Positions 19,748-29,605 of a stretch of 32,000 nt of DNA are shown here, one piece after another. Where the stretch lies: positions 210,001 through 242,000 of the forward strand of contig OX638337.1 of assembly GCA_951812855.1 (NCBI GenBank), in the 5' to 3' direction. Position 1 is the stretch's first letter. Each line of letters starts with the position of its first letter. Position numbers and translations under genes: made by a program. The notes beneath the pieces are model-generated. The model saw nothing but the letters and a program-made list of their open reading frames with translations. It was not told the origin of the DNA and did not search any database. Origin of the DNA: an uncultured Lentisphaeria bacterium. GTDB lineage: Bacteria; Verrucomicrobiota; Lentisphaeria; JABSQK01; JAJFLO01.

Positions 19748-21043
19748 ATGAAAAAATATTCATTTAAGGACAAAAACTTTGACTCGAACATTAATGAGTT
19801 ATGCTGCCGTTCAGCATTTTCTAATACAATTGACAGTGAAGTAGAAAAAATACTGAATGATATTCGAAAATATGGTGATAATGCCATAGTAAAATATGCA
19901 AAAAAGTTTGACAATGTCAGCTTAACTCCCGGTACATTCAAAGTTGGTGAAGAAGAAATACAGCAGGCAAAATCTCAGATTGATGCCAAGACTGTCGAAG
20001 CAATAAATTTTGCATTCGATAATGTTTCAACATTTGCAACACAACGTCGCCCGGAAAATTGGGATTTTTCGCCAAGACAGGGAGTAAAGCTTGGTGAACG
20101 GTTTGCTCCATACCAAAGAATAGCCGCTTATATCCCGGGCGGCAACGCCCCACTGGTTTCGACCGTCATCCACACGGTTACTTTTGCTAAAATCGCGGGT
20201 GTTAATGAGATCGCCATCACAACCCCCCCCTCCCCTTCAGGAACTGTACATCCAGGAATTTTAGCAGCAGCAGCAATAGCCGGTGCTGCAGAAATTTATA
20301 AATTGGGCGGTGTATACGCCATCGGCGCCATGGCATTTGGAACTCAGACAATCCCGAAAGTTGAAAAGATTGTCGGGCCCGGAAATGCCTATGTAACAGC
20401 TGCTAAACGGTATGTTTATGGAAATGTTTCTTTAGACTTGGTCGCCGGCCCGTCGGAGGTACTTATTATCGCAGATAAATCAGCAAATTCCAAATTCATT
20501 GCTGCTGATATGCTTGCTCAGGCAGAACATGGCTCAGGTCATGAATACGCAATTTTAGTCACAGACTCTAAATCCATCATTGCCGACGTCGAAAATGAAC
20601 TGACGAAACAGAGTAAATTGTTGAAACACAAACATGCTGTCAAGAAGGTATTACAGAATGGTGTCTATCTTATAAACATTGAAACCATTGATCACGGTAT
20701 AAATATTGCCAATCAAATAGGACCTGAACATTTAGAAATAATGACAAAAAACCCGAGAAAAATTGCTTCGGAAATTACTGCGGCAGGTGCAATATTTTTA
20801 GGAGACTGGACACCGGAACCGGTTGGAGATTTTATCGCCGGCCCCAGCCATGTTCTTCCCACAGGCGGAACCAGCCACATGTTTAGCGGTTTAACAATTG
20901 ATCACTTTTACCGAAAACTCAGCATGGTTGAATATGATAAAAAGGCGTTAGAAAAAGAGTCTTTTGCTCTGAGTGAATTTGCCAGGCTTGAGGATCTGGA
21001 TGCACATGGCCGTTCAGTAGAGATTCGGTTTGATGAAGATTAA
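19748..21043 (+). CDS. hisD: Histidinol dehydrogenase
   Basis: 431 aa with full-length HisD similarity: YIPGG.APL.STV, VGPGNAYV..AKR, GPSEVLIIAD, AQAEHG, PEHLEI, GDY..G.NHVLPT-like GDFIAGPSHVLPTGG. Confidence 0.95.
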   Translation: MKKYSFKDKNFDSNINELCCRSAFSNTIDSEVEKILNDIRKYGDNAIVKYAKKFDNVSLTPGTFKVGEEEIQQAKSQIDAKTVEAINFAFDNVSTFATQRRPENWDFSPRQGVKLGERFAPYQRIAAYIPGGNAPLVSTVIHTVTFAKIAGVNEIAITTPPSPSGTVHPGILAAAAIAGAAEIYKLGGVYAIGAMAFGTQTIPKVEKIVGPGNAYVTAAKRYVYGNVSLDLVAGPSEVLIIADKSANSKFIAADMLAQAEHGSGHEYAILVTDSKSIIADVENELTKQSKLLKHKHAVKKVLQNGVYLINIETIDHGINIANQIGPEHLEIMTKNPRKIASEITAAGAIFLGDWTPEPVGDFIAGPSHVLPTGGTSHMFSGLTIDHFYRKLSMVEYDKKALEKESFALSEFARLEDLDAHGRSVEIRFDED

Positions 21044-21099
21044 ATATCAAGTGGCAGGTATGAATTCTAAATAATTCTTGTGTAACGACGACGAAAAGT

Positions 21100-21729
21100 C
21101 TAAATCTGATTGTGTGTGATATCCGTTTTTGTCTTTAATTCATCGTGCAGTTTTGCTGCGTCTTCATATCGCTCTTCGCCGACAGCTTTCTTTAAATCCT
21201 CTTTCAGTTTTTGTATCGGATCAACCGGTTCTTCTTCTTCTTTTTCTTTTGTTTTATCTAAATTTACAGCGGCAGCCTTAAACACGCTTTCATGGACGAA
21301 AATAGGTGCTTCAAAACGTAATGCCAGAGCAATTGCATCTGATGGACGAGAGTCTAAATCCAAAATTTCGTTACTGTTTTGAATAAAAACCCGTGCGTAA
21401 AATGTTCCATCAATTAAATCCGTTACGTGTATTTTAGTAATTTTACAATTCAGATCCCCAAGAATACTCTTAAATAAGTCGTGAGAAAGGGGACGTGGAA
21501 AACTCTGATTATTATAACATGCGGCGATTGAGTGAGCTTCCATTGCACCAATACATATTGGCAATACGTCCTCATTTCCGTCTCGTTTTAGAAAAACGAT
21601 AAAACCCAGGTTACTAAGAGAGATATTTTCAATTTTTACCTGTATAAATGCTGATTTTTTCATAAAATCGTGACTGTTTTTTCCAATTAATAATCCAATA
21701 AAAATCGAGAGAATATATGATTTTGACAT
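21100..21729 (-). CDS. Bifunctional nuclease family protein (DUF151/BFN domain) with C-terminal UVR motif
   Basis: LPICIGAMEAHSIA....RPLSHDL....DGTFYARV......LDSRPSDAIALALRFEAPIF is the BFN core. The C-terminal EERYEDAAKLHDELK is UvrB/C-like. The start is uncertain; Met23 at 21663 fits family N-termini better. Confidence 0.8.
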   Translation of the reverse strand: MSKSYILSIFIGLLIGKNSHDFMKKSAFIQVKIENISLSNLGFIVFLKRDGNEDVLPICIGAMEAHSIAACYNNQSFPRPLSHDLFKSILGDLNCKITKIHVTDLIDGTFYARVFIQNSNEILDLDSRPSDAIALALRFEAPIFVHESVFKAAAVNLDKTKEKEEEEPVDPIQKLKEDLKKAVGEERYEDAAKLHDELKTKTDITHNQI

Positions 21730-22384
21730 ACTGATTATTGCAAAATATCAGAGTATAAATCCAAAATCAACTGCTTAATCTAACACGGTCTTTAAATTTC
21801 ATTTATTAATTTTGTTTTTATCTTCACCACACTCGCTGATTATACTACCTGAAACTGCAGGATATTACAAGAAATTCTGATTCTTCGCTGTAGAGCAAGT
21901 GAAATGAAACGACCAATTAATTAACAAGATTATATTATTTAGGAATATTTCCCTCTTAATATCGTTTTCACTATTATTCGGCATAGTTTAAATAACCCGT
22001 TTCAAAACATCCCCGAGCTCATTCAAATGTTTTCGATCTAACACATTTTCGGATAATAATTCAATGATAGAATCTTGCGAAATTTCATTTTTTTTAAAAT
22101 TTATTTTAGGAAATAAATAAATATTATGATAAAAGCATGATGAATCTGAAACGTATTTTTCAATACGTTAAAAAAATTATGTGAGTTATTGCCGTATTAT
22201 TAAAGACTTATATCCTTCATATAAAGAATTGGAAAAATATGTTCATAAAATGACTTGATACTGTTTTTTATTTTTGCTACATTGGATTGAATTTCACCGC
22301 GGAACTGCTTGAAAACAATGTTGATAACCTGTTAATACTGTGTTAGTTAATGCCAAGAACTTGTTAATAAATGGAGATTTACCC
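21730..22384. other. Candidate oriC / dnaA promoter region (AT-rich spacer upstream of dnaA)
   Basis: A non-coding spacer of about 650 bp lies directly upstream of dnaA. It contains a very AT-rich tract (about 22081-22135). I see only degenerate DnaA-box-like 9-mers: TGTTGATAA at 22319-22327 (1 mismatch to TGTGGATAA) and TTCGGATAA near 22048 (2 mismatches). The call rests mainly on position. Confidence 0.4.
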
Positions 22385-23746
22385 ATGGAGTGTGCTTCTG
22401 CCTGGATAGAAGTTGAAAAAATACTCTTAGATAAATTTGATGCTGACACATATGAGCGATATCTCGAGGGAGTTGTTCCCCTGTCTTTTGACAGCAAAAA
22501 AGGATTGCTTTGTTTAGGTGTTTCAAATGATCTTATGGCGATGTGGCTGGATTCGAATTATAAAGATATTATCTCAGATGCACTCTATGACGTGATTCAG
22601 CAGAGAGTCAATATTCAATTTGAAGGTGGTCATATAAAAGAGGTGACTGAAATTCGGAAAAACTGCATTGAAGTAAAATTGCAGCCGAAGAATGAAAAGA
22701 TGAAAAATAATAATTCAGGCCAAGGCCTTCCATGCCGTCCAGACTTCACCTTTGATTCATTTATTATTGGAAATAATAATCGAATTTCTCATGCTGCAGC
22801 ACTGGCTGTCAGTAAAAATCCGGGAAAGGCCTATAATCCACTATTTATTTATGGCGGTGTCGGATTAGGAAAGACGCATCTGCTGCAGGCTATTGCAAAT
22901 GAAGTATCAAGTCGTAAAAAGCGGGCAAAAATCAAATATCTGACCAGTGAAGAATTTGTAAATCTATACGTTGAGGGGATGCAGAAGAAAACACTCCTTG
23001 ATTTCCGCCGGCGGCTTCGCAGTCAGGATATTCTTATTATAGATGATGTTCAATTTTTCAAAGGAAAAGTAGGATCATCAGAAGAATTTTTCCATACGTT
23101 TAACAGTCTGCATAACGCCCATAAACAAATTGTCCTTGCTTCAGATCGCAATCCGCAAGAAATTAGCGGATTAGAACAACGACTTGTTTCACGATTTGAA
23201 TGGGGACTTTCAGCAGAAGTTCTGCCTCCTGAAATTGAAACCCGGGTTGCCATTTTGAAAAAGAAGCAGGAAACCCAAACAATAAAAATATCAGATGAAA
23301 TTCTATTTTTTATTGCAAATCGAATTCAGTCAAATATACGAAACCTTGAAAGTGCTTTAACAAAACTTGTTATGAATATTTCTGCTTTTGGCGGCGAAAT
23401 GACCAAATCCAGAGCTGAAGAATTGTTACGCGATAAATTTGAGAGCGAATCATCAAAATTAGTTTCAATTGAATTAATTCAACGCCGAGTCGCAGAGTAT
23501 TATGACATCCGTGTTGCAGATATGACGAGCAAGAAGCGACCTAAAAATATTGCTGAACCCAGAATGATTGCAATGTTTTTATCGAGAAAACATACCAATA
23601 ACTCTTTACCGGCGATTGGAGATGCATTCAATCGAAATCATGCAACTATTATCCATGCTGTCAGCAGTATTGAAAAACGAATGTCAGATAATGAAACCTT
23701 TCGCCATACAGTGGGTCAGCTGTCCCGCCAATTACAGTCTTCATAA
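22385..23746 (+). CDS. dnaA: Chromosomal replication initiator protein DnaA
   Basis: AAA+ core (GGVGLGKTHLLQAI, ILIIDDVQF, SDR.P), a sensor region, and a C-terminal DNA-binding domain (IAMFL.R..T..SLP.IG..F.R.HATIIHA). The ORF track starts at a GTG at 22340. The ATG at 22385 has a GGAG about 9 nt upstream and gives the usual N-terminus (MECASAWIEVEKIL). Confidence 0.95.
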   Translation: MECASAWIEVEKILLDKFDADTYERYLEGVVPLSFDSKKGLLCLGVSNDLMAMWLDSNYKDIISDALYDVIQQRVNIQFEGGHIKEVTEIRKNCIEVKLQPKNEKMKNNNSGQGLPCRPDFTFDSFIIGNNNRISHAAALAVSKNPGKAYNPLFIYGGVGLGKTHLLQAIANEVSSRKKRAKIKYLTSEEFVNLYVEGMQKKTLLDFRRRLRSQDILIIDDVQFFKGKVGSSEEFFHTFNSLHNAHKQIVLASDRNPQEISGLEQRLVSRFEWGLSAEVLPPEIETRVAILKKKQETQTIKISDEILFFIANRIQSNIRNLESALTKLVMNISAFGGEMTKSRAEELLRDKFESESSKLVSIELIQRRVAEYYDIRVADMTSKKRPKNIAEPRMIAMFLSRKHTNNSLPAIGDAFNRNHATIIHAVSSIEKRMSDNETFRHTVGQLSRQLQSS

Positions 23747-23749
23747 ATT

Positions 23750-25027
23750 ATGATTCGTAATGCCAGCCTCTTTTTGGCAATGCGTTATTTAAAGCCGAAA
23801 CAATCGTTTTTATCGATTATAACATTCCTGTCTATACTTGGCCCTATTCTTGGTGTCGCAGTATTGATTGTTGTTATTTCTGTTATGGCTGGTTTTAATC
23901 GGGATATTCGAGAAAAAATACTTGGTATGCAAGCTCATATCCAGCTTAAGCATGCCTTGGAAATCCCTATTGAAAATTATGAAAACATTTTAGATAAACT
24001 CAACAGTATGAGTATTACCTGTACACCTGTCGTAGAAGGTCCTGTACTCATCCAGACTCGAAAACAAATTTTAGCAAAGTTCATTAAAGGAATTTTACCT
24101 CATACCGAAGAGAATGTCAGTGACCTGTATAAAAGTGTGTCTGAAGGGAAGTATGAAATTTCAGAAGATGAGGTTCTGATTGGAAAGGATCTGGCTCTTC
24201 AGTGTAATTTAAGGATTGGTGACAAAATTCTCATTCATTCTCCTGATAAACTGAACAAAATGATAGAAATCAATGACGATGGAGCAATCCAGCAGAAAGA
24301 AACTCAAGAAATTTATACCCCTGAAGAATTAACTATTGCCGGTTTTTTTTCGATGGGAATGTACCAATATGATTCATCTATATTGATTCTTCATATTGAG
24401 AAAGCCGGTGAATTATTTGGTTTGGACTGGAATTCTGCAACGAGTATTCACATACGAACCGATGAACCGTTCAACCTCCCACCCATTATAGATCGAATCG
24501 AGAAAGAAATGATGTTCAGTCATTTAATTCCAATAACCTGGCAACAGTCGAATCAACGACTGTTTGGTGCATTGCGTGTAGAAAAAAATCTAATGTTTTT
24601 CTTATTGATTTTTATCATGATTGTTGCAGCATTCGGCATCACAGCAACACTGATTACAATTGTTATCCAGAAAACACGGGAAATCGGCGTCTTAAAAGCG
24701 ATTGGAGCCTCTCCAATTGATGTCTTGATGATTTTTATTATTCAGGGTGGCGTTGTGGGTTTCACAGGGACAACACTTGGTACAGCATTAGGCCTTGTCA
24801 TTATAGAAAACCGTAATTTTATTGCGGGAATATTAGCAAAAATAACGGGTACAGAAATATTTCCAAAAGATTTATATCACTTAAGTCAGATTCCCGCATT
24901 AGTTCAACCGTCAGATTTACTTGCCATTGTAATAAGCAGTTTCTTTATTTGTATTACAGGTGCACTGATTCCCGCACTTTATGCAGCTAAATTAACCCCG
25001 GTAAATGCACTGAAAAATGAAATGTAA
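23750..25027 (+). CDS. LolC/LolE-family lipoprotein-release ABC transporter permease (FtsX/MacB-type)
   Basis: 425 aa. The order is N-terminal TM, a large periplasmic domain, then three C-terminal TMs with the REIGVLKAIGAS motif. The typical LolCE start (FLAMRYLKPK) is present. Confidence 0.85.
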   Translation: MIRNASLFLAMRYLKPKQSFLSIITFLSILGPILGVAVLIVVISVMAGFNRDIREKILGMQAHIQLKHALEIPIENYENILDKLNSMSITCTPVVEGPVLIQTRKQILAKFIKGILPHTEENVSDLYKSVSEGKYEISEDEVLIGKDLALQCNLRIGDKILIHSPDKLNKMIEINDDGAIQQKETQEIYTPEELTIAGFFSMGMYQYDSSILILHIEKAGELFGLDWNSATSIHIRTDEPFNLPPIIDRIEKEMMFSHLIPITWQQSNQRLFGALRVEKNLMFFLLIFIMIVAAFGITATLITIVIQKTREIGVLKAIGASPIDVLMIFIIQGGVVGFTGTTLGTALGLVIIENRNFIAGILAKITGTEIFPKDLYHLSQIPALVQPSDLLAIVISSFFICITGALIPALYAAKLTPVNALKNEM

Positions 25028-25029
25028 TC

Positions 25030-25710
25030 ATGGATCAGCCCGCCTATAAAGTTTCATCATTATCCAAGACATATTCTATCTCTGAAAAACAGATTTCAGT
25101 CTTGCAGGAAATTGATTTTCAGGTGCCGGTTAATCAGTGGATAGCGATTACCGGCCAATCCGGTTGTGGTAAAACGACTCTGCTGAGGATTCTGGGAGCA
25201 CTCGATAAATCAGACACTGGTACCATAGAATGCTTTGGTGAAGATGTAACCCAAATGACGATAAATCAAAAAGCCGGGTTAAGACGAAATAAAATAGGAT
25301 TCATATTCCAATCCTATCAGTTATTACCTGAACTCAATGCATTGGAAAATATTATGCTGCCGGGAAGACTGGCAAAAAAAGAATTGAAAATAATAAAAAA
25401 CCGAGCACTGGATTTAATGAAAATTCTGGAAATAGAGAACCGGGTCCACCACAGACCGACAGAACTTTCCGGCGGAGAACAGCAGCGGATTGCGATCGCC
25501 AGAGCACTAATGAATCAGCCGGACATTATATTAGCTGATGAGCCCACTGGTAATCTGGACAATAAAAACAGTATTGCGATAATGAACATTCTGGAAGATT
25601 TGAAGGTACACGAACAAAAAACCATTGTAATGGTTACACACAATATCAACTTAACTGATTATGCTGATAAATCCTATCATATCGAAGCGGGCTCACTCGT
25701 TGAGCATTGA
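25030..25710 (+). CDS. lolD: Lipoprotein-release ABC transporter ATP-binding protein LolD-like
   Basis: Walker A GQSGCGKTT, signature LSGGEQQRIAIARAL, Walker B ILADEPTGNLD. Starts 2 nt after the permease stop. Confidence 0.85.
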   Translation: MDQPAYKVSSLSKTYSISEKQISVLQEIDFQVPVNQWIAITGQSGCGKTTLLRILGALDKSDTGTIECFGEDVTQMTINQKAGLRRNKIGFIFQSYQLLPELNALENIMLPGRLAKKELKIIKNRALDLMKILEIENRVHHRPTELSGGEQQRIAIARALMNQPDIILADEPTGNLDNKNSIAIMNILEDLKVHEQKTIVMVTHNINLTDYADKSYHIEAGSLVEH

Positions 25711-25929
25711 TTTTATACACTCTTTCAATTGATATACTTTTATTCGATCATCTTTCCTTTTCACGAGCATTTTACTAATCAAACCTGAGGCGTCTTCAGT
25801 ATAAACATTGTTTACCTCATGCAGAGGTGCAGGTGTAATATTGAAATGGTTATTCAATGTCTCGATAACCGTATTACCCTTAAATGGTTTGAACAACTCA
25901 GGTTTTTTCAGTTTCCATCATACTAAAGC
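25693..25929 (-). pseudogene. Hanks-type Ser/Thr protein kinase remnant, C-lobe only (subdomains IX-XI)
   Basis: Minus strand reads FSMMETEKT*, then a frameshift, then ELFKPFKGNTVIETLNNHFNITPAPLHEVNNVYTEDASGLISKMLVKRKDDRIKVYQLKECI. It matches LG...YE.LTG..PF.G.........P.....P..L..II.K.L.K.P..R. There is no N-lobe or catalytic loop. It begins immediately after the hldC stop codon and overlaps the lolD 3' end by 18 nt. Confidence 0.55.
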
Positions 25930-26421
25930 CTACCTTATCATCCTGATTTTTTCAATTAAGGCCGTAGTAGAACAGCCCTGGACGAAATCGATAAATTTAA
26001 GTCTTGCCCCACCGGTATCTAAAACCTGACGTTCTTCCTGGTCGAGCGTATCCTTATTATAATCCCCTCCCTTCACATAGATGTCAGGCATTAATTTTTC
26101 GAGCAGGTTTGTTGCTTTCGGTTCAGAAAATATCACAATACAATCAACGGCTTCCAATGATGCCAGATGAAATGCTCTGTCGTTTTCAGAAATGACAGGT
26201 CTGTTATTACCCTTAATATTCCTTATCGATGCATCACTGTTTAACCCCACCAGCAAGACATCGCCCTCCGCACGAGCAGCTTGTAAATATTCGACATGCC
26301 CGCGATGGATTAAATCAAAACAACCATTTGTTACAACCAATTGTTCCTGGTCTAAGCGAATATTCTCCCGCCATCGGCAGGCTTGAGATAAATCCATAAT
26401 TTTTTCGGTTGGATTACGCAT
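25930..26421 (-). CDS. hldC: D-glycero-beta-D-manno-heptose 1-phosphate adenylyltransferase (RfaE/HldE domain II, stand-alone)
   Basis: 163 aa colinear with the C-terminal domain of E. coli HldE: TNGCFDLIHRGHVEYL, VGLNSDASIR..KG..RP, VKGGDY, GCSTT. Confidence 0.85.
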   Translation of the reverse strand: MRNPTEKIMDLSQACRWRENIRLDQEQLVVTNGCFDLIHRGHVEYLQAARAEGDVLLVGLNSDASIRNIKGNNRPVISENDRAFHLASLEAVDCIVIFSEPKATNLLEKLMPDIYVKGGDYNKDTLDQEERQVLDTGGARLKFIDFVQGCSTTALIEKIRMIR

Positions 26422-26449
26422 AGTAGAAAATATTACAACGTTTCAGGTA

Positions 26450-29374
26450 TCAGTTAAATAAATCCGAAATAGTTGAAAATAATGACTGACATTCGTTAAG
26501 TTTTTCTTTACTGCCGATAACACAAACAGGGGCAGATTCGGAAAATTCCTGGAATAGTTTAATGTAATTTTTTATATCTAATTTACTACTGGCCAATATT
26601 TCATTACGACGTGTTTGAATCTCATCATGCGAAATCTTATTGAGATATCTACTGAATGCCGCCGCTCCTTTGTGTTCAGCTGTTTTCGGTGAATCTAAAC
26701 TGCCAATGGTACCAACAATTAATTTTTCAAACGTATCATTATCTAATTTAAGAGACGCTAAGTAGTTACCGATTTCGCTAAATGTATTCAGCGTTTCTTT
26801 CAGATTTGGATCTCTGTACGATACACAATAAAAGTTGCCTGACAACACATCCAGACTTGCAAAACATCCATAGGCACCGCCCTGAACCCTGATCTTGTTC
26901 CATAAATAATCCTTTGATAATAAAGTAGTTATAACATCAAAGCTTCCATTATGTGTTATCCCGCCACTATAAAAATTCATACCCTTGCCGACATATTGGA
27001 TCCTGCTGGGAATAATAAATCCTTCATTTTTATTTAAAGGTTTTGCATGACAGGTTTCTTTGGGATAATCATCTGCGGATAATGATGAAATAAATGAAGA
27101 AACCTCACCGTTAAACAGCGTAAGCTCTCTGTTACTTCCGGTTAAATGAATATGGAGATTATTTTGGTTGAAAATCAGTCGTTTTATGGTATTAAAATCA
27201 CTCAAAACCTTATCTGGATCTGATTCCAGTTGTTTAACTAACGATTCTAAAAAGATATATTGGCTTATACCACTTGACAGTTCCTGGTAATACCCGAGTG
27301 TGGATGAATAGCTGTTAAGACGTTTTGCTGCAAAAGAATGGCCGTTGGGAATGAGTTGTGATTTTAAACTGGATAACGCTATTTTCGTAAGTTCTCTGAT
27401 ACGATTTAAATCGGTCAGGTTACACCCTTTCAAGATTTCTGAAAGAATTGTAAAGAAACGGGTAATTTTACCTGACAGGCATTTTCCTGAATAGGATATA
27501 CGGGAGTTTATCTGCTCTGTATTTTTATTAATACACGAAATAGTGTGTGATGAATAGATACCTCCAGTATCAATATCTATTTCCTGAATAATCTTCGTAT
27601 AATCTTTTGATTCAGTACCCGTTTGCATAGTCAATTGACAGAATAAGGGTAAATACGGCAATAACGTTTGAGGGATTGCAGCCGTATCAAATGATACAAT
27701 GATATATGCGATTGCATTCGTGTTTTGCAATGAAAAACTACGTTTGGGATAATCATCTTTTAACAACTGAAACGGATAGTGTTCAATCGTTTTCTCAATG
27801 TCAGATAACACCAGTTTGGGTATGGTCGCAATTGCTTCGGGACTATCCGGTTTAAGCTGGTTTTCATATAATTCCTGTTTTTTTTGAATCAACTTGTCTA
27901 ATTCAAATGAAGAGAGACATGATTTTATTTTTTTTAACTTACCTGCCAAATTGCTTAATCGTTTATCTTCCATCGTTGCATCCGGTGAAAGCGTCACAAC
28001 AGCCTGATGTTGATTATTCAGCAAATATTCCTTTATCATCGATTCAAAATAATTTCCTGCCTGACTTTTTTTCCTGATAATTTTCAGTGTTGACTCATAT
28101 TTTAAATGCATTAAAGGGTCAGCCTCATACACCCATGAATTAACCATGGTAAGCCCATAACAAAGCCCTTTTGGATAACCTCCGAAATTTGCTTCACGCA
28201 ATTGAAACTCAACACTATTAAGGGATGCTTGTACATCCAGGGGATCAATTCCAGATTCAACCAGTCTTTCCAAAGTCTGATCAATCAGCGTACACATCTT
28301 TGGCACATCAGCATCAGATGTTCCCTTCAGTCCGATGCAGTAGTAATTATCAAACAATTCACTTTCATAACCATAGTGGATCGTGCTTTCACCCAAATGA
28401 GACTCAATTAGCTCCTTGCGAAGTTTTGAGGCTGGTGTTCCGCTCAATATTCGTGATAAGATTGAGAATGCCAAATAAAATTCAGGATCGGTTGGATGAT
28501 CCAGCAGATAACTTTTTAGAGCATAGGTTCCATTAGACTTATTCTCCGAAGAAGTTACCGGATAGTTCGCATTCCATCTAACTGGATTTATGAATCGTCT
28601 TTGTGCAGGAATTGACGTCTCAATATCTTGATAATCAAACGTTGACAAATAACTGTTGATATGGGCAAGCTGATCCAATATTGTGATGTCACCATAGAGT
28701 AAAATTCGGCTATTTGCCGGATGATAATAAGTATCATGAAATTGTTGAAACTGAGAATAAGTAAGATCTGTGATAAATTCTGGATCACCTCCAGAAGATT
28801 TACCATAAATACTGTCCGGAAAAAGTGCCTTGTTCATTTCATCCACCAGGATGGTCTCCGGATCTGAGTATGACCCCAGCATTTCGTTGTATACAACACC
28901 TGAATACGCTAATTCAGAATTGGCATTGTCGATATCATAATGCCATCCTTCCTGTAAATACGTATTTTCTGACAATATCGGATTAAACACCGCATCCAGA
29001 TAGACATCCATTAAATTACTGAAATCTTTATTATTCCGGCTTGCGACAGGATAGACTGTTCTGTCAGGATAGGTCATCGCGTTTAAAAACGTAAATAAAC
29101 TCCCTTTGAGCAATTCTGAAAATGGTTCTTTTACCGGATACTTTTTTGAACCGTTAAGAACTGAATGTTCAATAATGTGGGCGACACCGGTATCATCTGA
29201 GGGAGGCGTTTTAAATGTGATCATAAAAACCTTATTATCATCATCATTAGGCAATACCAATAATTGAGCCCTGGTATTTATATGACGAAAAAAATGAACA
29301 TCCGTACTGATTTCAGCAATAAATTCTTTTTTTTCTAATTTAAAACCATTATAACATTGTCCTGTTTCAAGCAT
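26450..29374 (-). CDS. M16-family zinc metalloprotease, PreP/Cym1-like (M16C, about 970 aa four-domain insulinase)
   Basis: Inverted zinc motif HxxEH (HIIEHSVLNGSKKYP) near the N-terminus, the downstream NAMTYPDRTVYP and VVYNEM motifs, and a length of 974 aa. These fit presequence-protease-type M16C enzymes. Confidence 0.85.
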   Translation of the reverse strand: MLETGQCYNGFKLEKKEFIAEISTDVHFFRHINTRAQLLVLPNDDDNKVFMITFKTPPSDDTGVAHIIEHSVLNGSKKYPVKEPFSELLKGSLFTFLNAMTYPDRTVYPVASRNNKDFSNLMDVYLDAVFNPILSENTYLQEGWHYDIDNANSELAYSGVVYNEMLGSYSDPETILVDEMNKALFPDSIYGKSSGGDPEFITDLTYSQFQQFHDTYYHPANSRILLYGDITILDQLAHINSYLSTFDYQDIETSIPAQRRFINPVRWNANYPVTSSENKSNGTYALKSYLLDHPTDPEFYLAFSILSRILSGTPASKLRKELIESHLGESTIHYGYESELFDNYYCIGLKGTSDADVPKMCTLIDQTLERLVESGIDPLDVQASLNSVEFQLREANFGGYPKGLCYGLTMVNSWVYEADPLMHLKYESTLKIIRKKSQAGNYFESMIKEYLLNNQHQAVVTLSPDATMEDKRLSNLAGKLKKIKSCLSSFELDKLIQKKQELYENQLKPDSPEAIATIPKLVLSDIEKTIEHYPFQLLKDDYPKRSFSLQNTNAIAYIIVSFDTAAIPQTLLPYLPLFCQLTMQTGTESKDYTKIIQEIDIDTGGIYSSHTISCINKNTEQINSRISYSGKCLSGKITRFFTILSEILKGCNLTDLNRIRELTKIALSSLKSQLIPNGHSFAAKRLNSYSSTLGYYQELSSGISQYIFLESLVKQLESDPDKVLSDFNTIKRLIFNQNNLHIHLTGSNRELTLFNGEVSSFISSLSADDYPKETCHAKPLNKNEGFIIPSRIQYVGKGMNFYSGGITHNGSFDVITTLLSKDYLWNKIRVQGGAYGCFASLDVLSGNFYCVSYRDPNLKETLNTFSEIGNYLASLKLDNDTFEKLIVGTIGSLDSPKTAEHKGAAAFSRYLNKISHDEIQTRRNEILASSKLDIKNYIKLFQEFSESAPVCVIGSKEKLNECQSLFSTISDLFN

Positions 29375-29512
29375 AACCTACTTGTCCTTAATGAGTTTCA
29401 CGATCTATCGACCGATATTGAATTTATAATGATCGGATTTAACGTACTGTCGAGATTCAAAATAAAAATCTGAATATTGCATTCTAAATTCTATTTCGAT
29501 ATTTTTATTTCA

Positions 29513-29605
29513 GGAGGGGTGCCGGAGCGGTTGAACGGGGTGCACTCGAAATGCACTGTGCAGGTATTCCCTGCACCCAGGGTTCGAATCCCTGCTCCTC
29601 CGCCA
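29513..29605 (+). tRNA. tRNA-Ser (anticodon CGA), long variable arm, CCA encoded
   Basis: Hand-folded: GGAGGGG/CTCCTCC acceptor stem, GTGCA-CTCGAAA-TGCAC anticodon arm, long extra arm GTGCAGG..CCTGCAC, CAGGG-TTCGAAT-CCCTG T-arm, G73, CCA. Confidence 0.9.

Noticed and set aside
22150-22169. Perfect 8-bp palindrome AACGTATT-tttc-AATACGTT in the dnaA upstream spacer as a regulator binding site
   Set aside because: It is a single occurrence matching no motif I can name. Noted only as something to include in a comparative motif search of the origin region.
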